Shown here piece by piece: positions 46,771 through 55,927 of a stretch of DNA of 64,000 nt (positions are counted from its first letter, which is position 1; each line of letters begins with the position of its first letter). The position numbers were made by a program, and so were the translations under genes. This stretch comes from an uncultured bacterium (GTDB taxonomy: Bacteria; Planctomycetota; UBA1135; GCA-002686595), in assembly GCA_943787795.1 (NCBI GenBank), contig CALSNU010000002.1, positions 640,001 to 704,000 of the forward strand, written 5' to 3'. The notes below the pieces were generated by a model. That model saw only the letters and a list, made by a program, of their open reading frames with translations, did not search any database and had not been told where the DNA came from.

Positions 46771-47937
46771 ATGAACTGCCCCTCCAAAGCCCGCGTCCTG
46801 CTCGTCGATGACGAGCCCCTCGTCTCCAGCGGCCTGCGCCGGATACACCAGCAGTCCTTCGACTTCGTCTGCGCCAGCAGCCCCCAGGAGGCCATCGAGC
46901 GCCTCGAGCATCACGGTCCCTTCGCGGTCGTGGTGTCTGACTACCAGATGCCTGCCGTCAACGGCGCCGAGTTCCTGAGCGAGGTCGCGGAGCGTTACCC
47001 GGACACGAGCCGGGTCATGCTCACCGGGCACGGCAACCTCGCGACGGCGGTGGATGCCGTGAACCGCGGCAGCATCTTCCGCTTCCTCATGAAGCCCTGC
47101 GACCCGGCCCTCTTCCGCAAGGTTGTCAGCGACGGTGCGGAGCAATTTCGGCTGCGCCGTGCGGAGCAGGACCTGCTGCGCGAGACGGTCCAGGGCGCCG
47201 TCGAGGTCCTCGTTGAGGTGATGGCCCTCAACAACCCCAAGGCGTTTGGCCGCTCACGCCGCGTTCAGCGTCTCGTGGCCGCCGCGGCGAAGGAGCTCGG
47301 ACTCCCGTCCACTTGGGAGCTCGAGACCGCCGCGCTGCTCTCTCAGCTCGGCCACGTCGCCATCCCTGACGTGATCCTCGAGCGCGCGAGCATGGGGCAG
47401 ACCCTCTCGGAGGATCAGGCCCGCATGCTGGACGAACACCCGCAGCTCACGAGTCGACTCGTCGGCAAGATCCCGCGCCTTCAGACCGTGGCGGCCATGA
47501 TCGCGCCGGGCGCCGCTGATGATGGAACCGCCGATGTGGCGGTCCAGGTCGCGGCCCGTCTGCTTCGTGCCGCGACCGACTACGAGGAGTTGATCGCGCT
47601 GGGGGCGGAGCCGCAGCAGGCGCAGGCGGCGCTCGCGGACCCAACCCGCGGTCATGACGCGCGGACGGTGCATGCCGTGGCCAGCGCGGGTGCGGAGCTT
47701 CACCGCTCGACGCTCCAGGCGGTCCCGGTGGCGAAGCTCCAGCCCGGGATGATCCTCGCGGAGGACCTGCGCGCCATGGGCGGCGGCCAGGTGATCCTCA
47801 AGCGTGGCGTCGAGCTGAGCGAGAGCTCCCTCCAGCGACTGCGCAACTACAGCGCCGCAGAGCTCCTCCAGACCGACTCCGTGAGGGTGTTCCTGCACGG
47901 GCAGGCGGTTGCGGCGGACGCCGCCGTCGCGGCCTGA
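46771..47937 (+). CDS. Response regulator, REC plus degenerate HD/HD-GYP-like domain
   Basis: REC motifs 'VLLVDDE', 'SDYQMP', 'MLTG', 'FLMKP'. The HD-like region has 'LLSQLG' in place of HDIG. Confidence 0.88.
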   Translation: MNCPSKARVLLVDDEPLVSSGLRRIHQQSFDFVCASSPQEAIERLEHHGPFAVVVSDYQMPAVNGAEFLSEVAERYPDTSRVMLTGHGNLATAVDAVNRGSIFRFLMKPCDPALFRKVVSDGAEQFRLRRAEQDLLRETVQGAVEVLVEVMALNNPKAFGRSRRVQRLVAAAAKELGLPSTWELETAALLSQLGHVAIPDVILERASMGQTLSEDQARMLDEHPQLTSRLVGKIPRLQTVAAMIAPGAADDGTADVAVQVAARLLRAATDYEELIALGAEPQQAQAALADPTRGHDARTVHAVASAGAELHRSTLQAVPVAKLQPGMILAEDLRAMGGGQVILKRGVELSESSLQRLRNYSAAELLQTDSVRVFLHGQAVAADAAVAA

Positions 47938-47941
47938 AGGA

Positions 47942-48268
47942 TCAGGCGCGGGCCTCGCGAGCGCGCAACGCCAAGGCCGCGGCGATCGCGGCCGCCGCGG
48001 GAAGCCAGAGGGGCACCTGGAGCTCCCAGTCTCCGGGGCCTCGCCGTCGCCACTCGGGCGTGAAGCGCAGGGGCTCGCTGTTGCCCGCGATGTAGAACGT
48101 CTCGCGAACCTCTCGATCGGATCGCGTGACCCGAAGCCGTCCGTGTTCGAGGCGGCACGAGACGCCGCCCCCGCCCCAGCCCGAGTAGACGGCGGCGTTG
48201 ATTGGATAGAGCAGCAGGAGCAGCGCCGCGAGCACGAGGCATCCGTGCCGCGCGCCGCGTCGGCTCAA
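47942..48268 (-). CDS. Small membrane protein (108 aa, TM at both ends)
   Basis: The TTG start overlaps the upstream TGA (TTGA). 'CLVLAALLLLLYPINAAVY...WELQVPLWLPAAAAIAAALAL'. Confidence 0.65.
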   Translation of the reverse strand: MSRRGARHGCLVLAALLLLLYPINAAVYSGWGGGGVSCRLEHGRLRVTRSDREVRETFYIAGNSEPLRFTPEWRRRGPGDWELQVPLWLPAAAAIAAALALRAREARA

Positions 48269-48588
48269 GCGTCGGTGGCCTTGGTGGAGCAGCAGGCGCT
48301 GGTGCACGCCTCTTCGGCCACCTGAGCCGCGGCGGGCTCGTCCGCCGGGCAGATCATGTCCTCGTCGGGGCAGACGTCGGGGGCGAAGCAGTCGGGACCC
48401 GCGGGGCAGAGGGTGTCCTCGTCGCCGCAGACGGCGCTGTCGAAGCAGCCGCCCTCGGTGCAGCAGCTCGCCTCGCCACCAGCCGCCGGCGCGGGGCTGG
48501 CGGAAGCCTGGTCGATGCCCTGGAAGGCGAGGACCGAGAGGGCGAGGGTGAGGACGCCTGCGGTGGTGATAGCCATGAGTTGCTTCAT
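48265..48588 (-). CDS. Small secreted acidic Cys-rich protein (107 aa, 11 Cys)
   Basis: Hidden at the 3' end of the 48265..50223 shadow ORF. Signal MKQLMAITTAGVLTLALSVLA, then CC..C..C..C..C..C..C..C..CC. Confidence 0.75.
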   Translation of the reverse strand: MKQLMAITTAGVLTLALSVLAFQGIDQASASPAPAAGGEASCCTEGGCFDSAVCGDEDTLCPAGPDCFAPDVCPDEDMICPADEPAAAQVAEEACTSACCSTKATDA

Positions 48589-48682
48589 GCGTGTGACCGT
48601 ACACCGCGCTTGCCTATTTGGGGAGAGCTCCTTTTTGGGGCTGGGGATTGTCCTCGGCACGCTCCAGGGCTCTCTTGTGGCC

Positions 48683-48708
48683 GGAACTTGTCGGTCAGGA
48701 TGAGCGTC
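48683..48708 (+). promoter_or_regulatory. Putative ECF-type promoter GGAAC-N17-CGTC
   Basis: Lies ~36 bp upstream of the GH30 ATG. Confidence 0.4.
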
Positions 48709-48744
48709 CGCGACCCACAAGACGCGCCACAGACCCCCTCCGCC

Positions 48745-50286
48745 ATGCAGCAGACCGCTATTTCCCTCCTCGCCCTCGCCCTGACCCTCTCCTGCGCCGC
48801 GGTAGGCCCCCAGCAGCAGGTGGCGAAGGCGGCTCCCGCGCCGCGCGGGATCCCCTCCGTTGAGCTCTTCCAGACCACCCGGGGCGGCGACCGGCTGAAG
48901 CTGGTGGAGGTCTCCGCGGCTCCGGCCGCGGACGGGGCGCGCCGGCTGACCCTGGACCCCTCGACCACCTTCCAGACTCTCGAGGGCATCGGCGGGTCGT
49001 TCACCGAGGCCAGCGGCCAGGTGCTCACGGAGCTCTCGGCGGGCAAGCGGGACGAGGTCCTCAAGGCGTACTTCTCGCCCGAGGGCGCGCACTACTCCCT
49101 GACGCGAACCCACATCGGGAGCTGCGACTTCTCGGTCAAGCACTACAGCTACGCGCCGGTCCCCGATGACGTGGCCCTCGAGCACTTCACCATCGAGCCC
49201 GATCGCAACTACCTGCTGCCCATGATCAAGGACGCGCAGCAGGTGGAGGGCGCGAGCTTCAAGGTGCTCTCTTCTCCGTGGACCGCGCCGCCCTGGATGA
49301 AGGACAACGGCTGGTGGCACGGCGGCGAGCTGAAGCCCGAGCACTACTCGACCTTCGCCGACTACATCGTCCGCTACCTGAAGGCGTATGAGGCGGAGGG
49401 CATCCCGGTATGGGGGATCACCCCGGAGAACGAGCCGCTGGGCAACGGCGGGAACTGGGAGAGCCTGCACTTCAACGCCGAGCAGATGCGGATGTTCATC
49501 GCCGATCACCTCGGGCCGGCGCTCGCGGCGTCCGGCCTCGACACCACCCTCTGGATGTACGACCAGAACCGCGAGGAGGAGATGATCGAGTGGGCGAACG
49601 TCATCCTCGGGGACGAGCGCGCGGCGTCCTTCGTGGACGGCATGGCGGTGCACTGGTACCAGAGCACCGTGGACGTGGGCGGCGACGCCCTCGACCACGT
49701 GCAGCAGAAGTTCCCGGACACGCCCATCCTCCACTCCGAGGGCTGCATCGACGCCATGGGCGACGACGAGCCGGTGGGTTGCTGGCTCGAGGACGACTGG
49801 TACTGGCGCCCCGCGGCCACGGACTGGGGCTTCATCTGGGCGCCCGAGGAGGACAAGCCGGCCCACCCGCCGTACCGCCCCTTCTACCGCTACACCCGCG
49901 ACCTGATCGGCGGCCTCAACCACGGCCTGGTGGGCTGGATCGACTGGAACATGGTGCTCGATACCCGCGGCGGCCCGAACCACGTGCGGAACTATTGCCT
50001 CGCGCCGGTGATGATCGACAGCGGTCGGGACCACGTGTACTACTCGCCGCTCTACTACTCGGTCGCCCACTTCAGCCGCTTCATGCGCCCCGGCGCGAAG
50101 CGCATCGCCATCGACGGTCACGACGACGACCTCATGGCCACCGCCGTGCAGAACCCCGACGGCTCCATCGCCGTCGCGGTCTTCAACCTGACGATGGAGC
50201 CCGTGGACTATGCGGTCCAGCACGGGGACGACACGATCCCCGTCACCATCGAGGGACAGGCGCTCCAGACCCTCGTGCTGCGCTGA
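48745..50286 (+). CDS. GH30 glycoside hydrolase (glucosylceramidase/beta-1,6-glucanase-like), lipoprotein
   Basis: 'FQTLEGIGGSFT', 'RTHIGSCDFS', 'SPWTAPPWMK', acid/base 'ENEP', nucleophile 'HSEGC', 'WIDWN', 'HFSRFMRPGA'. Lipobox LTLSC. Confidence 0.92.
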   Translation: MQQTAISLLALALTLSCAAVGPQQQVAKAAPAPRGIPSVELFQTTRGGDRLKLVEVSAAPAADGARRLTLDPSTTFQTLEGIGGSFTEASGQVLTELSAGKRDEVLKAYFSPEGAHYSLTRTHIGSCDFSVKHYSYAPVPDDVALEHFTIEPDRNYLLPMIKDAQQVEGASFKVLSSPWTAPPWMKDNGWWHGGELKPEHYSTFADYIVRYLKAYEAEGIPVWGITPENEPLGNGGNWESLHFNAEQMRMFIADHLGPALAASGLDTTLWMYDQNREEEMIEWANVILGDERAASFVDGMAVHWYQSTVDVGGDALDHVQQKFPDTPILHSEGCIDAMGDDEPVGCWLEDDWYWRPAATDWGFIWAPEEDKPAHPPYRPFYRYTRDLIGGLNHGLVGWIDWNMVLDTRGGPNHVRNYCLAPVMIDSGRDHVYYSPLYYSVAHFSRFMRPGAKRIAIDGHDDDLMATAVQNPDGSIAVAVFNLTMEPVDYAVQHGDDTIPVTIEGQALQTLVLR

Positions 50287-50301
50287 GTTGCCGGAGCGGG
50301 C

Positions 50302-51006
50302 TCACTGCACGTGGACGTGGAGGGCCCACGCGGGGCCTTGGTGCTCACGCAGGGCCAGGCGCTGGCCATTGACGCCGATGTCGAGGCGCAGGCCGCCTGC
50401 GGGGCCACGACGTGGAAGCGGTTGATCCACGGCCGTTCCCCCTCCCGCCCACACCTGCGACGCGAGAATCCACGTCTCCCCGGCCTCGCCGTCGGCGTTC
50501 TCGGAGGTCTGCAGCGCGTCCTCCCTCCAGTAGGCGGCGTCCCGGGCCGAGCCCGGGAGGATACCGTGCGTCACGGAGGGCTCCCCTTCGCCGAGGAAGG
50601 CGAGACGATAGCGCGTGGCGCAGACCTCACCGAGGGGCATGAGCAGCGCTGCGGCGTGCGTGGCCTCGGCGCCGACGGCCTTGAGCTCTTCGAAGAGCTC
50701 GGCCGTACTCACTTCGAAGCGCTCCAGGGAGAGGAGCGCCTGCCCCTGGACCTCCTCGGTGCGCTCGGTCCAGGTGGAGCCGTTAGCGCCTGCGAGCCCG
50801 TAGCGGACTCGCCTGAGACCTTCACCAAGATGGAGCCGCCAGGCGCTGGAGCCGATTCGGGGGCTGGTGTTGATCCTCTGAACCGACCAGCGGCCAGGGG
50901 CAGGGCTCGGGCCCGTGGCCTTCGCCCCATCCAGCCCCTTGAGGGAGAGAGGCGAGGTGGCGTCCAGGAAGAGGGCGAGGGCGGGAAGGGGGTGGGACTT
51001 CGACAT
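50302..51006 (-). CDS. Hypothetical protein
   Basis: Open frame from ATG 51006 (MSKSHPLP...). No recognised motif. Confidence 0.55.
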   Translation of the reverse strand: MSKSHPLPALALFLDATSPLSLKGLDGAKATGPSPAPGRWSVQRINTSPRIGSSAWRLHLGEGLRRVRYGLAGANGSTWTERTEEVQGQALLSLERFEVSTAELFEELKAVGAEATHAAALLMPLGEVCATRYRLAFLGEGEPSVTHGILPGSARDAAYWREDALQTSENADGEAGETWILASQVWAGGGTAVDQPLPRRGPAGGLRLDIGVNGQRLALREHQGPAWALHVHVQ

Positions 51007-51137
51007 CGGCGGGGGAGGCTTGTGGGCGCGTGGCCTGCCCTTGGGGCTGGCCTTCACACCCACATGCACCTCCCCGCGAATCCCGGACATCGAATCCGAA
51101 GAAAGCGCCCGGTGGCCGCGGCTTGCCGCCGCTTCGG

Positions 51138-51926
51138 TCAGTCGGCGACCACGAAGAGCACCCACGCCGGAGTGGAGCTCTCCCTGAAGGTCTGGCGCTC
51201 GCCGTCGAGCTTGTAGGTGGCTTCGAACCGGTTCGCGTCGACCGGGCCGGCGGCACGGCGGACCTCCGGCGAGGTCCGGGATCCATCGGTCTCGCCCCAG
51301 TGCTCCGAGGCGAGGATCTCCACCTCGCCCTGGTCCGCGACGACGCTGCCGATGGCCTGGCGGCTGCTGCCCTTCCAGACCGCGGCGTCCACGGTGGCCC
51401 CCGGGAGCATCCCGGTGCTGGTGGTTGTTCCCGAGGAGGAGGGGGAGTCGGAGGAGGCCGTCAGGGTGGCCCTGACGCCGGCGGTCGCCCTGAGGCTCGC
51501 CTCGAGCTCGATGGACTTCTCCTCGTCGGCGCCGAGGCCCTCCAGCGCCTTCAAGAGCTCCTCGGCGTCGACGTCCTCGAGCTCCATGGTCAGGTCGAGC
51601 TCGGTCCTTCCGAGCAGCTCCGTGGTCGAAGTGCGGCTCTTGCCGCCGATGCCGATGAAGCCGTAGGTGACCGACTCGATCCCCTCACCGAACTGCAACC
51701 GCCAGGTCCCGCTGCGCCGTCCGTCGACGGTGGTGACCGTCTCGAGGTTGCTGTCCCCCTCGTCGAAGACCTGCTCGGCCTCCCATCGTCCGGCGCCGAT
51801 GGAGACCTCGGCGGCTGCGACGGTGGACGCGGGCTCCGCCTCATCGCTGGTGCTCTCCACCTCGACGCTGAGGCTACAGGCGGTGAGGAGGGTGAGGGGC
51901 GCTGCGAGGAGGGGGAGGTGCTTCAT
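51138..51926 (-). CDS. Hypothetical lipoprotein
   Basis: MKHLPLLAAPLTLLTAC lipobox, followed by an acidic Ser/Thr-rich body. Confidence 0.75.
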   Translation of the reverse strand: MKHLPLLAAPLTLLTACSLSVEVESTSDEAEPASTVAAAEVSIGAGRWEAEQVFDEGDSNLETVTTVDGRRSGTWRLQFGEGIESVTYGFIGIGGKSRTSTTELLGRTELDLTMELEDVDAEELLKALEGLGADEEKSIELEASLRATAGVRATLTASSDSPSSSGTTTSTGMLPGATVDAAVWKGSSRQAIGSVVADQGEVEILASEHWGETDGSRTSPEVRRAAGPVDANRFEATYKLDGERQTFRESSTPAWVLFVVAD

Positions 51927-52118
51927 GGTGACTGGGGGGGGCTGGGTACTGGTTCAGGGTCCCTACCCGCGGGGCCTGGTGGATATTCGAGGGGCGCGTT
52001 CTTGTTGGGGACTTGCCCCTCGACGTTTCCCGGACATGGCTCGGGGCCTCGAGTCTCCCTAGGGAGGGCTGCGCCACCTGGCCGGGCGGCGGAGCAGCAT
52101 GGAGGACCCGACGGAGTG

Positions 52119-52422
52119 TCAGGACGCGCCCACCACCGCCGAGGGGCCAGTGAGGATGCCGAGACCCTCGGCCGAGAGGCTCGCGAACGCTGGTTTGCCG
52201 GCGATGGACGTGAAGAGCTCGGAAGCCTGGCCATCGAGGAGGGCCAGGTGGCCCCATGGGACGTGGACGCCGCCCTAGGCGCTGGACCCGTCATGCGCGA
52301 GCCAGCCCTTGGAGACGAGGCCCGGGGATGGTGGCGAGGATGGGCGCGAGCTCGTTGCAGGCCTGCTCGCATGGACCGCGGGAGAGCCTCTCCAGCCGCA
52401 AGTTGAGGACGAACGTGTGCAT
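52119..52422 (-). pseudogene. ydhR: YdhR-family monooxygenase pseudogene
   Basis: Manual translation: MHTFVLNLRL...CNELAPILATIPG / LVSKGWLAHDGSSA*GGVHV...ASELF...GILTGPS. It has a +1 frameshift at ~52321 and an in-frame TAG at 52275-52277. Confidence 0.7.
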
Positions 52423-52582
52423 GGGACCTGGGAGGGGGGAGCGGAAGGCTGGCGCGGGGCCGAGGGGAGGCGCAGGCCGCGGGCGCGGGACGCCCCCGGA
52501 TGTCCGTCAAGGGTCCGGGAGCAGCGGAGCGGGATCTCCGGGAGCCCTTGAACGGCCCTCTCCGTTCGCGTCTCCTCGCCCC

Positions 52583-53604
52583 ATGGTCCGCCTGCTCGTC
52601 TTCCTCGCCCTCGCGGCCTCAGGTCTCGGCGCCGCGTGGTGGCTCGGGGAGGCACCGCACCGGTCCGACGCGGTCCAGGCTGCGGAGCGCCAGGCACCCT
52701 CGGCTCGACCCGGAGCGGCAACTCTCGCTTCCCTCGGCCGCAAGGAGGCCCGCCGCGCCGCCGGGGCCCCCGTCGCGACGAGCGGGCCCTTCGCTGAGTT
52801 CGAGGGACGACCCGCCGCGGAGATCGACGACGACGGACTCGCGGAGCTCCTGGCCGCGCTCCGCTGCGACGAGGTGCGAATGAACGCCACGAGAGCGGCG
52901 TCGACGCTGAGCTGGCACGTGAGGGACGGCGGGGCCGCTCGCCGGATCGCGGCCCTCGCCACGCCCCTGCTCCGCTCCGACGATCGGCAGCAGCGCATCA
53001 TGGTCACCGCCCTCTGCATGCACATCGCGACCGTCGAAGCGGAGGCCGGTCGCCCCTCGAGGCCGCCGGCTCGATGTGACCGAGGCGGCCATGCGCTGGC
53101 TCGGGGGTCCTGGGAGCGCACCCCGACGCCCTCGACTTCGAGACGTGCTACGCGCCCTACCAGTGGCGGGCCCGGCGCTTCTGCGAGGCCCTCGAGCCCC
53201 ACGTCCGCCAGGACCTGCGCGAGCTCCTGCTCCGTCCAGTCCCCCCCGACGAGCAGCCGAACGAGGCCCGCTTCGAGGCCGCCTGGATCCTGACCCTGGC
53301 CGGCGCCCCCTGGACCGAGGACGCGGCCGGCGTCCTCGTGGAGCACCTCGCGGACAACGGCATCTCCGAGGACGCCGTGCGCGCCATGTACGCCCTCAAG
53401 CGCCTCGGGCCTGCCTCCCTCCCCGCCCTCGAGGCCGCCCGCGCCACCTCCACCGACCCCCAGCAGCGCCTCGCCGCCGAGCTCGTCCTCGCCGAGCTCC
53501 ACACCCCCGGCTCGAGCCGCGCCTTCGGCCGGAAGGCCCAGCGCATCTTCGACTCCGCCGTCCCCTTCCCGGCCGCGGACTGGTCGCCACGGTTCATGTG
53601 GTGA
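52583..53604 (+). CDS. Membrane-anchored HEAT-like repeat hypothetical protein, frameshifted
   Basis: MVRLLVFLAL... TM start. Coding-like sequence switches frame near ~53070 and in the G5 run at 53103-53107, joining the 53338..53604 frame. Confidence 0.6.
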
Positions 53605-53710
53605 GGCGCCTGCGAGGCGCTGCTCTTCAGCCCTTCCGAGTCCGCCTTTGGGCGGAAGCACGCGCGATGCCACCTCCCCACAGGCCGCGGCGCGGGGTAC
53701 AACCGTCGCC

Positions 53711-54784
53711 ATGAGCAAGTCACGAGTCCTGGTGATCGGATGCGGGAACATGGGCGCCTCCCACGCGCGCGCCTACGCGGCCCTCGACGAGTTCGAGCTG
53801 GTGGGGGTGGTGAGCCGGGGGCCGGAGAGCCGAGAGGCCCTCAGCGCCGAGCTCGGCGGGGTGCCGACCTACGGCGACGCCCTGGCGGCCATCGCCGAGG
53901 CGAAGCCGGACGCGGTGTCCATCAACACCTACCCGGACACCCACTACGAGCTCTGCAAGGCGGCCCTGAACGCGGGCGCCCACGTGTTCATCGAGAAGCC
54001 CCTGGCGGAGACCCTGGAGCAGTGCGAGGAGCTCGTGGCCCTCTCGAGGTCGAAGGGCGTCGCCCTCGTGGTCGGCTACATCCTCCGCGTCCACCCTGCC
54101 TGGACCAAGTTCATCGAGGTCGCGCGCACCCTGGGCAAGCCCCTGGTGATGCGCATGAACCTGAACCAGCAGAGCCGGGGCAAGGAGTGGGCCACCCACC
54201 GGGCCCTGATGGACTCGATCTCACCCATCGTGGACTGCGGCGTGCACTACGTGGACGTCATGTGCCAGATGACCCGCTCCAAGCCCGTCCGTGTCTCCGC
54301 CATCGGCGCCCGCCTGACCGAGGAGCTCAAGCCCGGCATGTACAACTACGGCCAGCTCCAGGTCACCTTCGAGGACGGCTCGGTCGGCTGGTACGAGGCC
54401 GGCTGGGGCCCGATGATGAGCGAGACCGCCTTCTTCGTGAAGGACGTGGTGGGCCCCGAGGGCTGCGTCTCCATCGTGGACCGCGAGACCGGCGAGCGCA
54501 GCGACGACAGCTCCGACATCGACGCCCACACCAAGACCAACACCCTCCGCGTCCACCACGCCGCCCGGGACGAGAACGACGAGTTCCTGACCCCCGACGA
54601 GTGGATCGACACCACCGACGAGCCCGACCACGACGGCCTCTGCCTCCGCGAACAACAACTCTTCGCCCAGGCCATCGCCGGCACCTTCGACCCCGCCGAC
54701 CATCTCGAGGACGCCCTCAACGCGACCCGCATCGTTCTCGCCGCGGACGAGTCGTTCCGGTCGGGGGACTCGGTCAGACTCTGA
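53711..54784 (+). CDS. Gfo/Idh/MocA family oxidoreductase
   Basis: 'VLVIGCGNMG', 'HVFIEKPLA', 'DCGVHYVD'. Confidence 0.92.
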   Translation: MSKSRVLVIGCGNMGASHARAYAALDEFELVGVVSRGPESREALSAELGGVPTYGDALAAIAEAKPDAVSINTYPDTHYELCKAALNAGAHVFIEKPLAETLEQCEELVALSRSKGVALVVGYILRVHPAWTKFIEVARTLGKPLVMRMNLNQQSRGKEWATHRALMDSISPIVDCGVHYVDVMCQMTRSKPVRVSAIGARLTEELKPGMYNYGQLQVTFEDGSVGWYEAGWGPMMSETAFFVKDVVGPEGCVSIVDRETGERSDDSSDIDAHTKTNTLRVHHAARDENDEFLTPDEWIDTTDEPDHDGLCLREQQLFAQAIAGTFDPADHLEDALNATRIVLAADESFRSGDSVRL

Positions 54785-55000
54785 GCGATCCATGGGGGGC
54801 GGCTCGCGCGACGCTCCGCTCCGCCTCGATAGGAGACGTCGGCCTGGCGGCATCTCTGGAGGGTGCGCTGGAGCCCGTCGCGCCGCAAGTGCTCTCCGCA
54901 AGGGGACCGATCGCACGGTGACCGGATAGTCTTCCGCAGGAGCGTGTGCCTCCGACGCTGGGTCCCATTCGCTGCTCTCCTTGCTGCCTCGAACCACGCC

Positions 55001-55858
55001 ATGACCTCCGACTCCCCGAAGCGGGCCACGCTCGCCGCAGTTGCGATCTGCAAGAACGAGGAGCGGGACATCCGGGGCTTCCTCGACCACCTCTTGCCGT
55101 GGATCGACGAGGTGGTGGTGATCGACGACGGCTCCACGGATCGGACGCTCGAGATCCTGAGGGCCGAAGGCGACCGAGTGACGGTCATCGAGCGGTCCAT
55201 GGATCCAGTGGATGGGTTCGCCGGCCAGCGAAACGCCGGCATCGACGCGGCGCGGTCGGACTGGCTGATCCACATGGACATCGATGAGCGCGTCACCCCG
55301 GAGCTGGCGCGGGAGATCCGGGCGTCGATCGATGGGACCGATCTGAACGGGCTCCGCTATCGACGCACGAACTACTTCCTCCACCGCCCGATGCGGGCAG
55401 GCGGCTGGGAGACCTGGAACCGGCCACAAATTGCCCGACGCGGGAGCCACCGCTTCAAGAACCGGATCCACGAGGAGTGTGTGATCGACGGCGGTGAAGA
55501 TCGGATCGGGCAGCTGGAGTCGAGAATGCCGCACCTCATCGACGGGAGTTACACCGAGCGGCTCGCCAAGAGCTTCCAGTACTGCCAGGTGGTGGCCGAC
55601 CAGAAGCTTGAGCAAGGCGAGCGGGTCCGCTTCTCGACCCTCCTTCTCCGCCCGGCGCTGCTCTTCATCAAGCGCTACCTCATCCAGCGAGGGATCGTTG
55701 ACGGGATTCCCGGGCTGATCGCCGCGCTCAATACTTCGGGGGCCGAGTTTCGTTCCCTCGCGATCGTCTGGGACCGACAGAACAAGGTGCCTCGATCGGA
55801 GCTAGAGGCCGAGATCGCAAGCCGGTGGTCGGCTGACGCCGGGCGCTCTGCTGACTGA
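55001..55858 (+). CDS. GT2 glycosyltransferase (WaaE/KdtX-like)
   Basis: 'ICKNEE', 'IDDGSTDRT', 'FAGQRN', 'DIDE', 'IHE'. Confidence 0.9.
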   Translation: MTSDSPKRATLAAVAICKNEERDIRGFLDHLLPWIDEVVVIDDGSTDRTLEILRAEGDRVTVIERSMDPVDGFAGQRNAGIDAARSDWLIHMDIDERVTPELAREIRASIDGTDLNGLRYRRTNYFLHRPMRAGGWETWNRPQIARRGSHRFKNRIHEECVIDGGEDRIGQLESRMPHLIDGSYTERLAKSFQYCQVVADQKLEQGERVRFSTLLLRPALLFIKRYLIQRGIVDGIPGLIAALNTSGAEFRSLAIVWDRQNKVPRSELEAEIASRWSADAGRSAD

Positions 55859-55927
55859 GCGGGCGGTACTGTGCCATGAACCCTCAAGCCTGAACCCTGA
55901 GCACGGGGCCTGGATGAGCCCTGTCCT

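Noticed and set aside
48589..50223. 652-aa minus-strand ORF as one protein
   Set aside because: It is mostly an antisense shadow of GH30. Only the last 107 codons look like a real gene.
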